Positions 49,477 through 58,365 of a DNA stretch of 64,000 bases are shown one piece after another. Both the position numbers and the translations under genes were made by a program. Each line of letters opens with the position of its first letter. The first letter of the stretch is position 1. The notes below the pieces were generated by a model. That model had not been told where the DNA came from and made no database searches. It saw only the letters and a program-made list of their open reading frames with translations. The stretch comes from an uncultured Verrucomicrobiae bacterium (GTDB lineage: Bacteria > Verrucomicrobiota > Verrucomicrobiia > Opitutales > JABDGR01): contig CAVXVB010000002.1 in assembly GCA_963765205.1 (NCBI GenBank), positions 64,001 to 128,000 of the forward strand, in the 5' to 3' direction.

Positions 49477-50382
49477 ATGCCCGGCCAGCCCATCACCGCC
49501 AAATTCCGCGCCGGCCGCCCGCTTGTCTCGGTCGAGTTTTATCCGCCCAAAACCGCCGAAGGCGCGCGCCAGATTCTCGACACCGCCGCGGCGCTCGCCC
49601 CCTACCGTCCGGATTTTGTCTCCATCACCTATGGCGCCGGTGGCTCGACCCGCGAACGCACGCTCGAATATGGTCTCATCCTGCGCGACCGCTTCGGCTT
49701 TGAGGTCATGCCGCACCTGACCTGCGTCGGCCACTCGCGCGCCGAACTGCATGCCGTCCTCACCCGCCTGCGCGACGCGGGCTTTCGCAACCTCATGGTG
49801 CTGCGCGGCGACCCGCCCAAAGGCGCGACGGAATTCCAGCCCCACCCCGACGGCCTGCGCTACGCCAGCGAATTGGTGGCCTTTATCCGCGAGCATTATC
49901 CCGATTTCTGCCTCGGCGTCGGTGGCTACCCCGAGACGCACCCCGAAGCGCCCTCGCCCGAAGCTGACTTGCACAACCTGAAAACCAAAGTGGACGCGGG
50001 GGCGGACTTTATCACTACGCAGCTCTTTTTCGACAACGCGGCGTTTTTCAAGTTTAACGAGCGCTGCCGCGCGGCCGGCATCACCGTGCCGATCATCCCC
50101 GGCCTGCTGCCCGCGCTCTCGCACGCGCAAGTGCAGAAGTTTACCACCTTTTGTAAAGCCAGCTATCCCCCTGCCCTCGCCGCCGGGCTCCAGCCCCTCG
50201 TCGGCCAGGATGCCGCAGCCGAAGCCGCCGGCGTCGCATGGGCGGACGCGCAAATCCGCGGCCTGCTGGACGCGCGGGTTCCTGGGTTACACCTATACAT
50301 TCTCAACCGCGCATCCTCGGCGCTGGCGTTGTTCGCACGGTTGCAGAGCGAAGGCTTGCTGCCCAATCAAACAGCGCCCTGA
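49477..50382 (+). CDS. metF: Methylenetetrahydrofolate reductase
   Basis: SVEFYPPK, SITYGAGGS, HLTC, LRGDPP, GYPETH, ITTQLFFD. Confidence 0.97.
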   Translation: MPGQPITAKFRAGRPLVSVEFYPPKTAEGARQILDTAAALAPYRPDFVSITYGAGGSTRERTLEYGLILRDRFGFEVMPHLTCVGHSRAELHAVLTRLRDAGFRNLMVLRGDPPKGATEFQPHPDGLRYASELVAFIREHYPDFCLGVGGYPETHPEAPSPEADLHNLKTKVDAGADFITTQLFFDNAAFFKFNERCRAAGITVPIIPGLLPALSHAQVQKFTTFCKASYPPALAAGLQPLVGQDAAAEAAGVAWADAQIRGLLDARVPGLHLYILNRASSALALFARLQSEGLLPNQTAP

Positions 50383-50432
50383 GGGAAATCCGGTTTGGTC
50401 TGGTTGAATACCTGATCACCGAAGTTCGCCGG

Positions 50433-50675
50433 CTACCGGCGATCCCGCCCGCCGCCACCGATTTCAATGGGCACCACCACTTCCGGCCCGACCACCACCG
50501 GTTCGGGCGCCACATACACCGCCGGAGGCCCCACCACTACCGCCGCCGGCTCCACATACGCCTCTCCCCCGACGGGCTGCATGACACAACCGGCCAGCGC
50601 GAACGCCACCAGTAGAGACGCGATGCCAAACACGGCCTGGATATTGATAACCTGAAAAATATTTTTGATTTTCAT
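50433..50675 (-). CDS. Small putative lipoprotein (Val/Pro-rich)
   Basis: Lipobox LAGC followed by PxxVVV repeats. Confidence 0.6.
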   Translation of the reverse strand: MKIKNIFQVINIQAVFGIASLLVAFALAGCVMQPVGGEAYVEPAAVVVGPPAVYVAPEPVVVGPEVVVPIEIGGGGRDRR

Positions 50676-50815
50676 AAACCGAGGATACGCGCAAAGGGTG
50701 CCGGGTGCTATGGGGCCTAACCCTACTTGATACGCCCACCCAACGCATCAAATGCAGCCAGTGCTGTCCGGCTGAAGGAGGTCAGTTTGCCCTGAAACAG
50801 AGGCAAAAATTATCA

Positions 50816-50844
50816 TTGACGCCATAATTTTTTAATGTTATATA
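50816..50844 (+). promoter_or_regulatory. Sigma70-type promoter
   Basis: TTGACG-N17-TATATA with TGn extension in AT-rich region. Confidence 0.55.
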
Positions 50845-50943
50845 GTTTCATTAATAGTTTAATAAACAGACTATGCCCTATTAACTTGCCTCTCTGGCCA
50901 CCACCCGGCAGCCCCCTCCACCCCCCCCTCCCCCCTTCGCGCC

Positions 50944-51318
50944 ATGCCCCCCACCTCTGAAGAATTCCAGCAACATTTCACTTTTATGCTGCCACCCGGC
51001 CAGCAATGGTTTACGCTCAAGGAAGTCGCGTCTATCGTCGGCCGGACCGACCAGTTTGTGCGCGATGCCTTTGTAAACCAGAAAATCCTCGGCCATCAGA
51101 ACAACGCCCACGCCCGCAAAGGGTGCGAGCGCCGGCAAACCTATCAGATTCACCGGGAAGGCGTCCTGCTCTTCCTGCTGGAAACCGCAAACTACCGGCC
51201 CAAAGATTTTTTCGATCACATCCGGGAAATATTGCACAACCGGTCGCCGCAGGAGCTCGGCCACCTGCAACGCTGGCTGGCCTCCCGCCCCGAACCCCAG
51301 AAGACGCGCTCAGGCTGA
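50944..51318 (+). CDS. Helix-turn-helix-type hypothetical protein
   Basis: WFTLKEVASIVGRTDQFVRD HTH_17-like pattern. Confidence 0.65.
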   Translation: MPPTSEEFQQHFTFMLPPGQQWFTLKEVASIVGRTDQFVRDAFVNQKILGHQNNAHARKGCERRQTYQIHREGVLLFLLETANYRPKDFFDHIREILHNRSPQELGHLQRWLASRPEPQKTRSG

Positions 51319-51376
51319 ATTTTTTTGTCGGCAAACGCCCCGGCTTGGGCGATTTTAGGGCTAGGCGAACAACCCC

Positions 51377-53092
51377 ATGGCGAAACCGTCCCCCAAGCCT
51401 AGCCCGAAAGCACCTGCGGTAATGACCGCGGGACCAGTCCCCTACCTGTGGCTGCTCTGGTCGGTCGTGCTGGTAGTGGCCTTGGACCAGGTGGGCGCTG
51501 ACGCCACCGTGCCGGCGCACCAGCAATTTTCTCTGCTTAACCTTGGCTTGGCGGCCGCCCTGGCCGTGATGTGGCAACTGGGCTGGAAGGCGGCCCCGGC
51601 GGTGCTGGTGGCCGGGCTGGCCAGCGGCGCGCTCCGGCATTTGGGCTGGGTGGGGACACCCCTTTACGCCCTAGGACTGGTGGGCGGGGCTGGCGCCGGC
51701 CGGACACTGTTGGCGCTGACGGGGTTTGATGCCCGCCTGCGCAGCGCGGCGGATGTCTTGACCTTGGCGGTGCTGGCCGGGCCGATCGCCTCGGTCCTCA
51801 TGGCCGTGGCCGCGGCGTTCTTGCCGGAAGCCGGCTCGACGGGACACGGCAGCTTTACGCTGGCCTTTCTGGCCCAATGGCTGGCGGGCTGGACAGGTGT
51901 GCTGATGATGACGCCGTTTATCCTTTCTCTGAGAGAAGAATATTTCCGCCGCTGGCCGCCGGCGCGCGTGCGTGAATGGCTGCTGGTGAATTTACTGCTC
52001 ACCGGCAGCGTGCTGGTCTTGATGCAGAATCTAACCGCCGGCGACGTAGCCTTGTATCCCTTGGCCTATCTCGCCCTGCCCTGCGTCTTTTGGACGGCGT
52101 GGCGGTTTGGGACGGCGGGCGCGGCGCTGGCAAATTTGCTCGTGGGCATTGTCACGTCATTGTGTGCGAAGGAGGGGTTGGGCCCCTTTGCCGGCACAGA
52201 GGGCATCCTTGTGCTATTGCCCGCCTGGGTCTTCTTGCTCTTTCACGGGCTGATCGCGCTGTTGCTGGCCGCCTTCACCGACGAACGACGGATGGAACTG
52301 CTGCTCCAGCGCCAGCGCGCGCGCTTCCTGCGGCAATTGCTCGATGAGCTGCCGCTGGGCGTCTTACTCAAGGACATCACGGACAAACCGCTACTCGTCA
52401 ACCGGCGCTGGTTCCAATTGTTTGGCAAAGAAGGCGGCAACGAGGAAGACCAGTTACAACACCAACGCTCGATGGACCCCTTCTGGCGCGGGCGCGAACT
52501 GACCTTGCTACAAAATCTCGGTGAAGTCTTGCGCGAAGAAACCGAGAGCAAAGACCACCAAGGCCGCGCGCTCGAACTGCTGCTGACCAAGCAGGCGGCC
52601 TATTTTGAGGAGCGCGGTGAACGGCTGCTCATGGTCGTGGCCGACGACATTTCGAGCGGCCGCGCCAGCCTGCGCGAGACGCGCACCACCCTCGAAAAGA
52701 TCCGCGCGACGCTGGCCGTGGCCGAAGTTGGTTTGTGGGATTGGCACATCCCCTCAGGCATCATCCGCTTCGACGCTGAGTTCAGCAAACTCACCGGCAT
52801 CCCGGAACACCCCGAAGGCCTGCCCGTGCCCGTTTGGCAGAGCGATATCCACCCGGACGACCGCCACGCGTTCCAGCATGACATGCTCCAGCACCTCCAC
52901 CACCAGGCACAGCTCTTTGCGACGCGCTTTCGCTTCAAACACGCCGGCGGATGGCTCTGGCTGGTGGTGCGCGGGCGCGTCGTCGAGCAAGACTCGCGCA
53001 ACCTCGGCGTCCGCATGATCGGCACCATCCAGCACCTGCGCGCCACCGTCCAGGCCCTCCCCGACCCCAATGCGCCGACGGAGAAGAGTTGA
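51377..53092 (+). CDS. MASE1 + two PAS-like domain sensor protein without output domain
   Basis: Multi-TM N-terminus, LLDELPLGVLLKD PAS start, GLWDW...IHPDD...FRFKH..GWLW PAS_3. Confidence 0.85.
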   Translation: MAKPSPKPSPKAPAVMTAGPVPYLWLLWSVVLVVALDQVGADATVPAHQQFSLLNLGLAAALAVMWQLGWKAAPAVLVAGLASGALRHLGWVGTPLYALGLVGGAGAGRTLLALTGFDARLRSAADVLTLAVLAGPIASVLMAVAAAFLPEAGSTGHGSFTLAFLAQWLAGWTGVLMMTPFILSLREEYFRRWPPARVREWLLVNLLLTGSVLVLMQNLTAGDVALYPLAYLALPCVFWTAWRFGTAGAALANLLVGIVTSLCAKEGLGPFAGTEGILVLLPAWVFLLFHGLIALLLAAFTDERRMELLLQRQRARFLRQLLDELPLGVLLKDITDKPLLVNRRWFQLFGKEGGNEEDQLQHQRSMDPFWRGRELTLLQNLGEVLREETESKDHQGRALELLLTKQAAYFEERGERLLMVVADDISSGRASLRETRTTLEKIRATLAVAEVGLWDWHIPSGIIRFDAEFSKLTGIPEHPEGLPVPVWQSDIHPDDRHAFQHDMLQHLHHQAQLFATRFRFKHAGGWLWLVVRGRVVEQDSRNLGVRMIGTIQHLRATVQALPDPNAPTEKS

Positions 53093-53421
53093 TTCCAACT
53101 ACCTTCTGCCTTCTACCTCCTATGGATTCAAGTAATCAACCGACGAATTTGATGCAACCCTTTGTAAGATACCCCGACGAGCGACGAAGTTTGTTGGCTG
53201 GGCCGCGAGCAGAGCGGTAAGCTCGCGCGGCCCAGCCAACAGGAACGCAGCGGGACTGCATCCCGCCGCGTTCCCCGGCGTGCCGCACACCGTTCAGCCT
53301 TGGAGGCTTGACCTCGTCCTGAAGCGTGGTGGCGGCCTGCCGTTGGCTTTGGGCAGTTCGAACAGTTGCCTGAGCGTCCCGCAGTCGCGGGAACAGCTCG
53401 CTTAACTTGGAGGAATCTAGC

Positions 53422-53541
53422 TTGAACTCCGCGATTGTCTATTATGGAATGGATGTGAAGGCCACGTTGGAACTAGCAGGCCCGGCCGGTGGCCAGACCT
53501 TTCCGAACACGCCGCGCGGCCACGGGCGGTTGTTCGGATGA
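53422..53541 (+). pseudogene. IS110-family transposase N-terminal remnant
   Basis: GGAGG RBS then MNSAIVYYGMDVKATLEL...FPNTPRGH..LFG*, resembling GxDVAK...FxNTxxG. Confidence 0.6.
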
Positions 53542-53787
53542 TTAAAACCCGCCAAACCCTCTTAAACGCCCCTGCAGCGCGGGTTAAGACCGCGTTTTTC
53601 GCCCACCTTGAACCTTGCGAATTTTACGATTTTTCCCAAACCTTCGGTTTTTGTTCCCAAGCCCAACGGCGTTTTACAGCACTTCCGATGCTATGGTTGG
53701 CGCGTGGGTTCATTTCCGGTCCAGCCCGTCGTAGGTGTAGGCTTCGCTCTGCCCACCCAATCTCTACTATACTAATTATGGTATTTA

Positions 53788-54669
53788 GAGCTTATCCGTA
53801 AATAAAAGTTGTTCGTCTGCAAACAATAAGCGCGCTGGCGAGACAGAGCAAGGCTTCGTGGGAGGCGGCGGTTTTCTCAAACCGCACGAGGAGTTTGCGG
53901 TAGCGGTTGAGCCAGGAAGCGGTGCGTTCCACCACCCAGCGACGGGCTTGGCCGGTGGATCGGCGCGGGGCTGGTTTGGCTCCGCGGGCAGGCACATGCG
54001 GACGGTAGCCGTATTGGCGCATGGTGCGCAGGCCCGGTTTCCCCCAGTAACCCTTGTCGGCACACAAATGGGCCGTGCGCCGGTCGTGGCGCTGGCGCAA
54101 CGTGCGGCGCACCAGCGTCACGTCGTGTTCATTGGCCCCGGCGACGATGAGCGACAGCGGGACGCCACGGGCGTCCACCAGCACGCTGCGCTTGCTCCCA
54201 TTTTTTTCCCCGGTCGGTGGGGTTGGCTCCCACCGCTTCGCGCGCCAGAGGGGCCTTGACCAGGGAGCCATCGATGCTTTGCCACCGCCACGCGATGCCC
54301 TCCAATTCATCGTAGTCGGCCAGACCGGCCCGCCACAACGCCTCGAAGAATCCGGCGGCGTGCCACTGCTGAAAGTATTTGTGCACGGAACTGGCGCTGC
54401 CATACCGGGCCTTGGACAGCGCTTTCCACTGGCAACCCGTGCGCAGCACGTAAACCACCGCCTCGAAGATGCGTCGAGGCGCGAGGGCCTTGCGGCCCGC
54501 GCCTGCGGCGCGACGGTAGCGCCCGCCCGCCTTCCGGCCGGCGCGCGCGGGAACCAAAGGCTCGACTTTGGCCCAGAATTCATCAGAGATTTCCCAGGAG
54601 GATAGTCGCGGCATCCCCGCAGTTTATCCCGCCGCCTTCTCAACGCAATCCTTATTTACGGATAAGCTC
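53788..54669 (-). mobile_element. IS5-family insertion sequence (882 bp), copy 2
   Basis: Same IRs, TA duplication and identical translations as copy 1. Confidence 0.95.
53792..54614 (-). CDS. IS5-family transposase (frameshifted ORFA/ORFB)
   Basis: ORF translations identical to 42188-43010. Confidence 0.92.
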
Positions 54670-54893
54670 TAAGACAAATGCAGCATGCGGAGTTCTGGAT
54701 TCTGAATCCTGCATTCTGAAATCTAAATTCCGAAATTTGAAATCTGAAATACATGCCCATCTCCTCGGCCAATCCTCAATTACTTCAGTGCCGCCTTTCC
54801 AGTGCCTTAGTCGCTTCAGTCGCCTTTGCCCCCTCTGCTCCTTCATTCCTTGCTCCTCACTCCACCACTCCTTGACTCCCACCCACTTCGCCC

Positions 54894-56270
54894 CTAGAAA
54901 CCCCAGCGGAAGGGTGGCAGAGTGGACGATTGCGGCGGCCTTGAAATCCGCTGAGGCGCAAGCCTCCGGGGGTTCGAATCCCTCCCCTTCCGCTTTTCTG
55001 GATTTTGACTGACTTGGACAACCGTGGACAACGCTGGACTAACCGACTCAGTTTCAACGGTTTCCAGCGTCGAAATTACTTCTTGGGATTTATTCTCACG
55101 ATGGCCGTTGGACAGACTTTGACCGTTTTGCCCACTTTTAGGTGGGTAAAACGCTGGGTCATTGCTTACCTGGGGGTTTTTTACCCACACATTTTTTGGC
55201 CCCTTTAGATCAAGGTTCACCACTTGTTCCAGCGCGCCCCTCAAATCGAGCTTGGTTACGTCGGTATAAACCTCGTTCGTGAGGTGAAGGCTTTTGTGCC
55301 GGGCGAGTTGTTGCAGGATGCGAGGCGGGATTCCGGCGCGCTGGCCGCGTGTGATAAACGTGCGCCTAAAAGTGTGAAAACCAATGGGGCGGCCAAGCTC
55401 ATCTTCCAACGGGATGCCCGCTTTCGCCAAATCTTCCTTGAGGCTGGTATGCATGGCGACGCCGCGACGGAAGACGCGCATCTCCGGTTTCCAGTAGGGC
55501 GGGCGGAAGGCTTCCAGTTCGCGCGCCAAATCCACACACAAGGGAATGACATCCCAGCGGCGGCCCTTGGTTGCCTCGGGGCGCAGGGTTAAGGTTGGTT
55601 GCTCGCCAAACCGCACGTCACTCCATTGCAGTTTGCGGGCTTCCATATGCCGCAGACCGGTCGAAACGAGCAGTTGGTAGAGCAGACGCCATTTCTTGGA
55701 GACGGTCAGGAGCGCGCTCAACTCTTCGTCACTAAACGCGCGTGGGCCTTCCCGGTATTTTGCGCTGACGGTGAGCTTTTTGATCCGCCGCCTGATCAGG
55801 TTGGGTGCCCCGTAAATTTCCTCCACCCAATTGAGGAAGGCCGTAAGCGCGGTCAGATAGTGGTTCAGCGTGCGCGTGGCAAAGCCTTCCTGACGGTTGC
55901 GCCAGTCTTGGAAAGCTTTGGGCGTGATGTCGCGCAGGGTGTTCCACCGGCACGACCGGGCCAAGATAGGCAGGCGGTTTTTGATCTGCCGAACATAATC
56001 CGGCGCCCGGCCCCGGTGGTGGAGTTCCGCCACAAATTCTTCGATGAGTTCTTGCAGCGGGCGGCTCTGGGCCTGTCGGGCGGTCTTGGCCGGGATTTTG
56101 CCCGCCCGTTCCATCTCCGCATCCTGGGCAATCTGCTTGAGCTTGTCCCAGGCCAATTCCTTGTTGGCCGTGCCCAGGCCGACCTCGTGCCGGGCGGGAT
56201 CGTCACCGATACGAAACCGGCCACGGTAGGTATTGTAACGCTTATTCGGTTTGAGTAGATACATCATCAT
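54894..56270 (-). CDS. Tyrosine integrase; ORF crosses att and ends antisense within/through tRNA-Ser
   Basis: TGLRHME (R), TKG (K), FHTFRR (HxxR), ARHKS..TNEVY (H..Y); ATGA-coupled to xis. Confidence 0.93.
   Translation of the reverse strand: MMMYLLKPNKRYNTYRGRFRIGDDPARHEVGLGTANKELAWDKLKQIAQDAEMERAGKIPAKTARQAQSRPLQELIEEFVAELHHRGRAPDYVRQIKNRLPILARSCRWNTLRDITPKAFQDWRNRQEGFATRTLNHYLTALTAFLNWVEEIYGAPNLIRRRIKKLTVSAKYREGPRAFSDEELSALLTVSKKWRLLYQLLVSTGLRHMEARKLQWSDVRFGEQPTLTLRPEATKGRRWDVIPLCVDLARELEAFRPPYWKPEMRVFRRGVAMHTSLKEDLAKAGIPLEDELGRPIGFHTFRRTFITRGQRAGIPPRILQQLARHKSLHLTNEVYTDVTKLDLRGALEQVVNLDLKGPKNVWVKNPQVSNDPAFYPPKSGQNGQSLSNGHRENKSQEVISTLETVETESVSPALSTVVQVSQNPEKRKGRDSNPRRLAPQRISRPPQSSTLPPFRWGF
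54908..54992 (+). tRNA. tRNA-Ser (TGA), long variable arm, CCA not encoded
   Basis: GGAAGGG/CCCTTCC acceptor, loop CTTGAAA, GAGGCGCAAGCCTC arm, GGTTCGAATCC. Confidence 0.95.
55139..55161 (+). repeat. Arm-type repeat, left copy (right copy 61935-61957)
   Basis: TAGGTGGGTA-N4-GCTGGGTCA at both element ends. Confidence 0.7.
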
Positions 56271-56467
56271 TGTTGCCCGCCTCCATATCGGGTGGTCTGT
56301 CGTTCGTAAAATTTCTTGATTTCCCGCTCCCAGATAAACCAGCGCCCGCCGATTTTGAAAGCAGGAAGTTTGCCCTTCCAAATGAGCCGCCGCACCGTCT
56401 TTTCACAGACGGGAAACAGCTTGAACGCCTCATCCAGGCGCAGGGGAATTTCGATGGGAGCGTTCAT
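56267..56467 (-). CDS. Excisionase-like HTH_17 protein
   Basis: LDEAFKLFPVCEKTVRRLIWKGKLPAFKIGGRWFI. Confidence 0.88.
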   Translation of the reverse strand: MNAPIEIPLRLDEAFKLFPVCEKTVRRLIWKGKLPAFKIGGRWFIWEREIKKFYERQTTRYGGGQQ

Positions 56468-57174
56468 GATCTTAGGTTTTTGAGGTTTTTGAGAAGTTTT
56501 GGCACCGGGACTTCGCCCGCGTCGTGTGTTTCCATTAGCTTGGCCAGCCACCAGCCCACTTTCAGACAGCTTACCCCGCTGAATCCGCCATTAATAATGG
56601 GTTTAAGAATATCGGCGGCAAATTTTTCGCCGGAGTCGTATTTGAATACCGCTGCCATGTCATTGATGCGTTGCGCCTCATACTGGTTCAAGGGAACGTG
56701 CAGCATGGCGGCTTGGCCTCTTTTGGCGTCTCTCTCTTTCTCAATTGCCTGCTCGTTCAGTTCGTCAAACAAGCTGGCGTTGGCTTTGGTCATTTCCCGC
56801 TCCGTCATGCCTCTTTCCCTGGCTCGCTCTTCTATGTCTTTGCGCCAAGACCGGCACTCGCTGACCGGGACATAGGCAAACGGCTCTTTTTTGATCGTTT
56901 TGTTTATGCCAAGAAAATTTGTGCGCCGTTCCGTGACGGTGAACTCGAACACGGTCAATCTGCCGCGATCCATGCGCTCATGCAATGCCGACCGGGAGAC
57001 CGGGCAGTAAAGCTGAACGGCTCCCAGGCTGATGGTTGGCCCTACCGCTGCCGTTACAGTGTCAAACCAGCGGCCCGCTTCCTCTTGGGAGCCGCTTTTC
57101 TGATAAATAAGGGTCGCAGGCTTGGGGTCACCAAGGTAGCGATGAAGATCCGGCGATATTTTGACGTAGTCCAT
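56464..57174 (-). CDS. Putative DNA-binding regulator
   Basis: ISLGAVQLYCPVSRSALHERMDRGRL HTH-like segment; first gene of xis-int operon. Confidence 0.65.
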   Translation of the reverse strand: MDYVKISPDLHRYLGDPKPATLIYQKSGSQEEAGRWFDTVTAAVGPTISLGAVQLYCPVSRSALHERMDRGRLTVFEFTVTERRTNFLGINKTIKKEPFAYVPVSECRSWRKDIEERARERGMTEREMTKANASLFDELNEQAIEKERDAKRGQAAMLHVPLNQYEAQRINDMAAVFKYDSGEKFAADILKPIINGGFSGVSCLKVGWWLAKLMETHDAGEVPVPKLLKNLKNLRS

Positions 57175-57194
57175 AAATTTGCCTTAATTTTTGT

Positions 57195-57222
57195 AAGGTA
57201 TCATTGCCCAACTGTTTGTCAA
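57195..57222 (-). promoter_or_regulatory. Sigma70 promoter for regulator-xis-int operon
   Basis: TTGACA-N16-TACCTT with TGn extended -10, ~20 bp before ATG 57174. Confidence 0.7.
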
Positions 57223-57251
57223 GAAACTATTTTTGGCCCGACGCTCGGCCC

Positions 57252-57303
57252 GGTTGCCGGGTGGGCGCGAGCTCGCGGGGCGGCTACGTCCCACCCGGCA
57301 ACC
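57252..57303. other. GC-rich hairpin (candidate single-strand origin or terminator)
   Basis: 14-bp perfect IR GGTTGCCGGGTGGG/CCCACCCGGCAACC enclosing palindrome CGCGAGCTCGCG. Confidence 0.5.
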
Positions 57304-57363
57304 CTGCCTCGCTAAAGGCAGATATGTCCGGCGCAGACCGTCTCGTTCTGTAAAGTAGTGGGA

Positions 57364-58266
57364 TTACAGATCAGAACAAGACGGACTGCACTTAACCGGT
57401 GGTCGTAGAATATATGAAAACTCGAATTTTGAATGACTCGTCACCGATTGCTTGAAATAAAAATCAGTTAGTCCCTGAAAAGCGTGGGCACCTTCGATTT
57501 TGACTTTCAATGTTTCCTCCATATTTATTCCAAAGATTATTCCTTTTAATGATTGCGGCTCTATTTGAAGAAATTCACGGTCTTTCTCTCTAACGAGTAA
57601 TTTGGCTAATTTTGGCTGATGTTTCGTGTTAAAGACAAATCTAACTTCATTTTCGTATGACCATGCCGCTTGTTTTCTGGAGGCAAGTCCTTTAGTAAGT
57701 TCAGACATTATATCATCGTCAAAATCTTGGGGCTTAATTTGCAAACGGTAATTATTGTAGTCGATTTTGAGCCTTACCATCTCGGAAAACGGCATGACGT
57801 TTGAGTTTAGCTCCACGACAAATCCCTTATGTTTTCTTCCGTAATGCGCCCACATCAGAGGACAGGCTTCATTTGTCGTGCAGCATAGCACGGCAAATTG
57901 CTCTGCCGCCATATTGCGAAATTCCTGACAAAGAATTTTTAGAAAACCCTGCAATAATTCTTCCAATTGGTCATTAGGCAACCCTTCGAGAATTTCGACG
58001 AAAGAGTACCCATTAATGTTTGATGACCTTTTTTTTTCCATCTCCTGGCGCAGCGGTGCCTTCGTTCTTAATGCTTCGATCCATTCATTTCGACTTATGG
58101 CGGGGTCAAGCGAAGGGAAAAATTCAAACGGATCATTAAATGCCGACGGACGCGATACGGGGAGCAAGCATCTGTTAAAATAATCAACATAATCTGCGCT
58201 CAAATACACGAAAATACGATTCGTTTGTGCAATTGTTTTCATTTTCAAAGCTTTATTTTTGCTCAT
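57364..58266 (-). CDS. DUF2971-like protein
   Basis: FNDPFEF, LMWAHYG..HKG..VE, K..AWSYENEVR, IIFG; low GC. Confidence 0.85.
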   Translation of the reverse strand: MSKNKALKMKTIAQTNRIFVYLSADYVDYFNRCLLPVSRPSAFNDPFEFFPSLDPAISRNEWIEALRTKAPLRQEMEKKRSSNINGYSFVEILEGLPNDQLEELLQGFLKILCQEFRNMAAEQFAVLCCTTNEACPLMWAHYGRKHKGFVVELNSNVMPFSEMVRLKIDYNNYRLQIKPQDFDDDIMSELTKGLASRKQAAWSYENEVRFVFNTKHQPKLAKLLVREKDREFLQIEPQSLKGIIFGINMEETLKVKIEGAHAFQGLTDFYFKQSVTSHSKFEFSYILRPPVKCSPSCSDL

Positions 58267-58365
58267 AGTTAATTGCTTTTTTGGGTTGGCGCGCCTTGGA
58301 GGAGGGGGTAATTGACCATGCCACGCTAAACACCTCATTTTTTTACCGTTGCCTTTTATCGAGCA

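Noticed and set aside
50727..50751. FNR box
   Set aside because: TTGAT and ATCAA are 15 bp apart rather than 4
54908..54992. Selenocysteine or suppressor tRNA
   Set aside because: Anticodon is TGA (reads UCA Ser), not TCA; normal 7-bp acceptor stem
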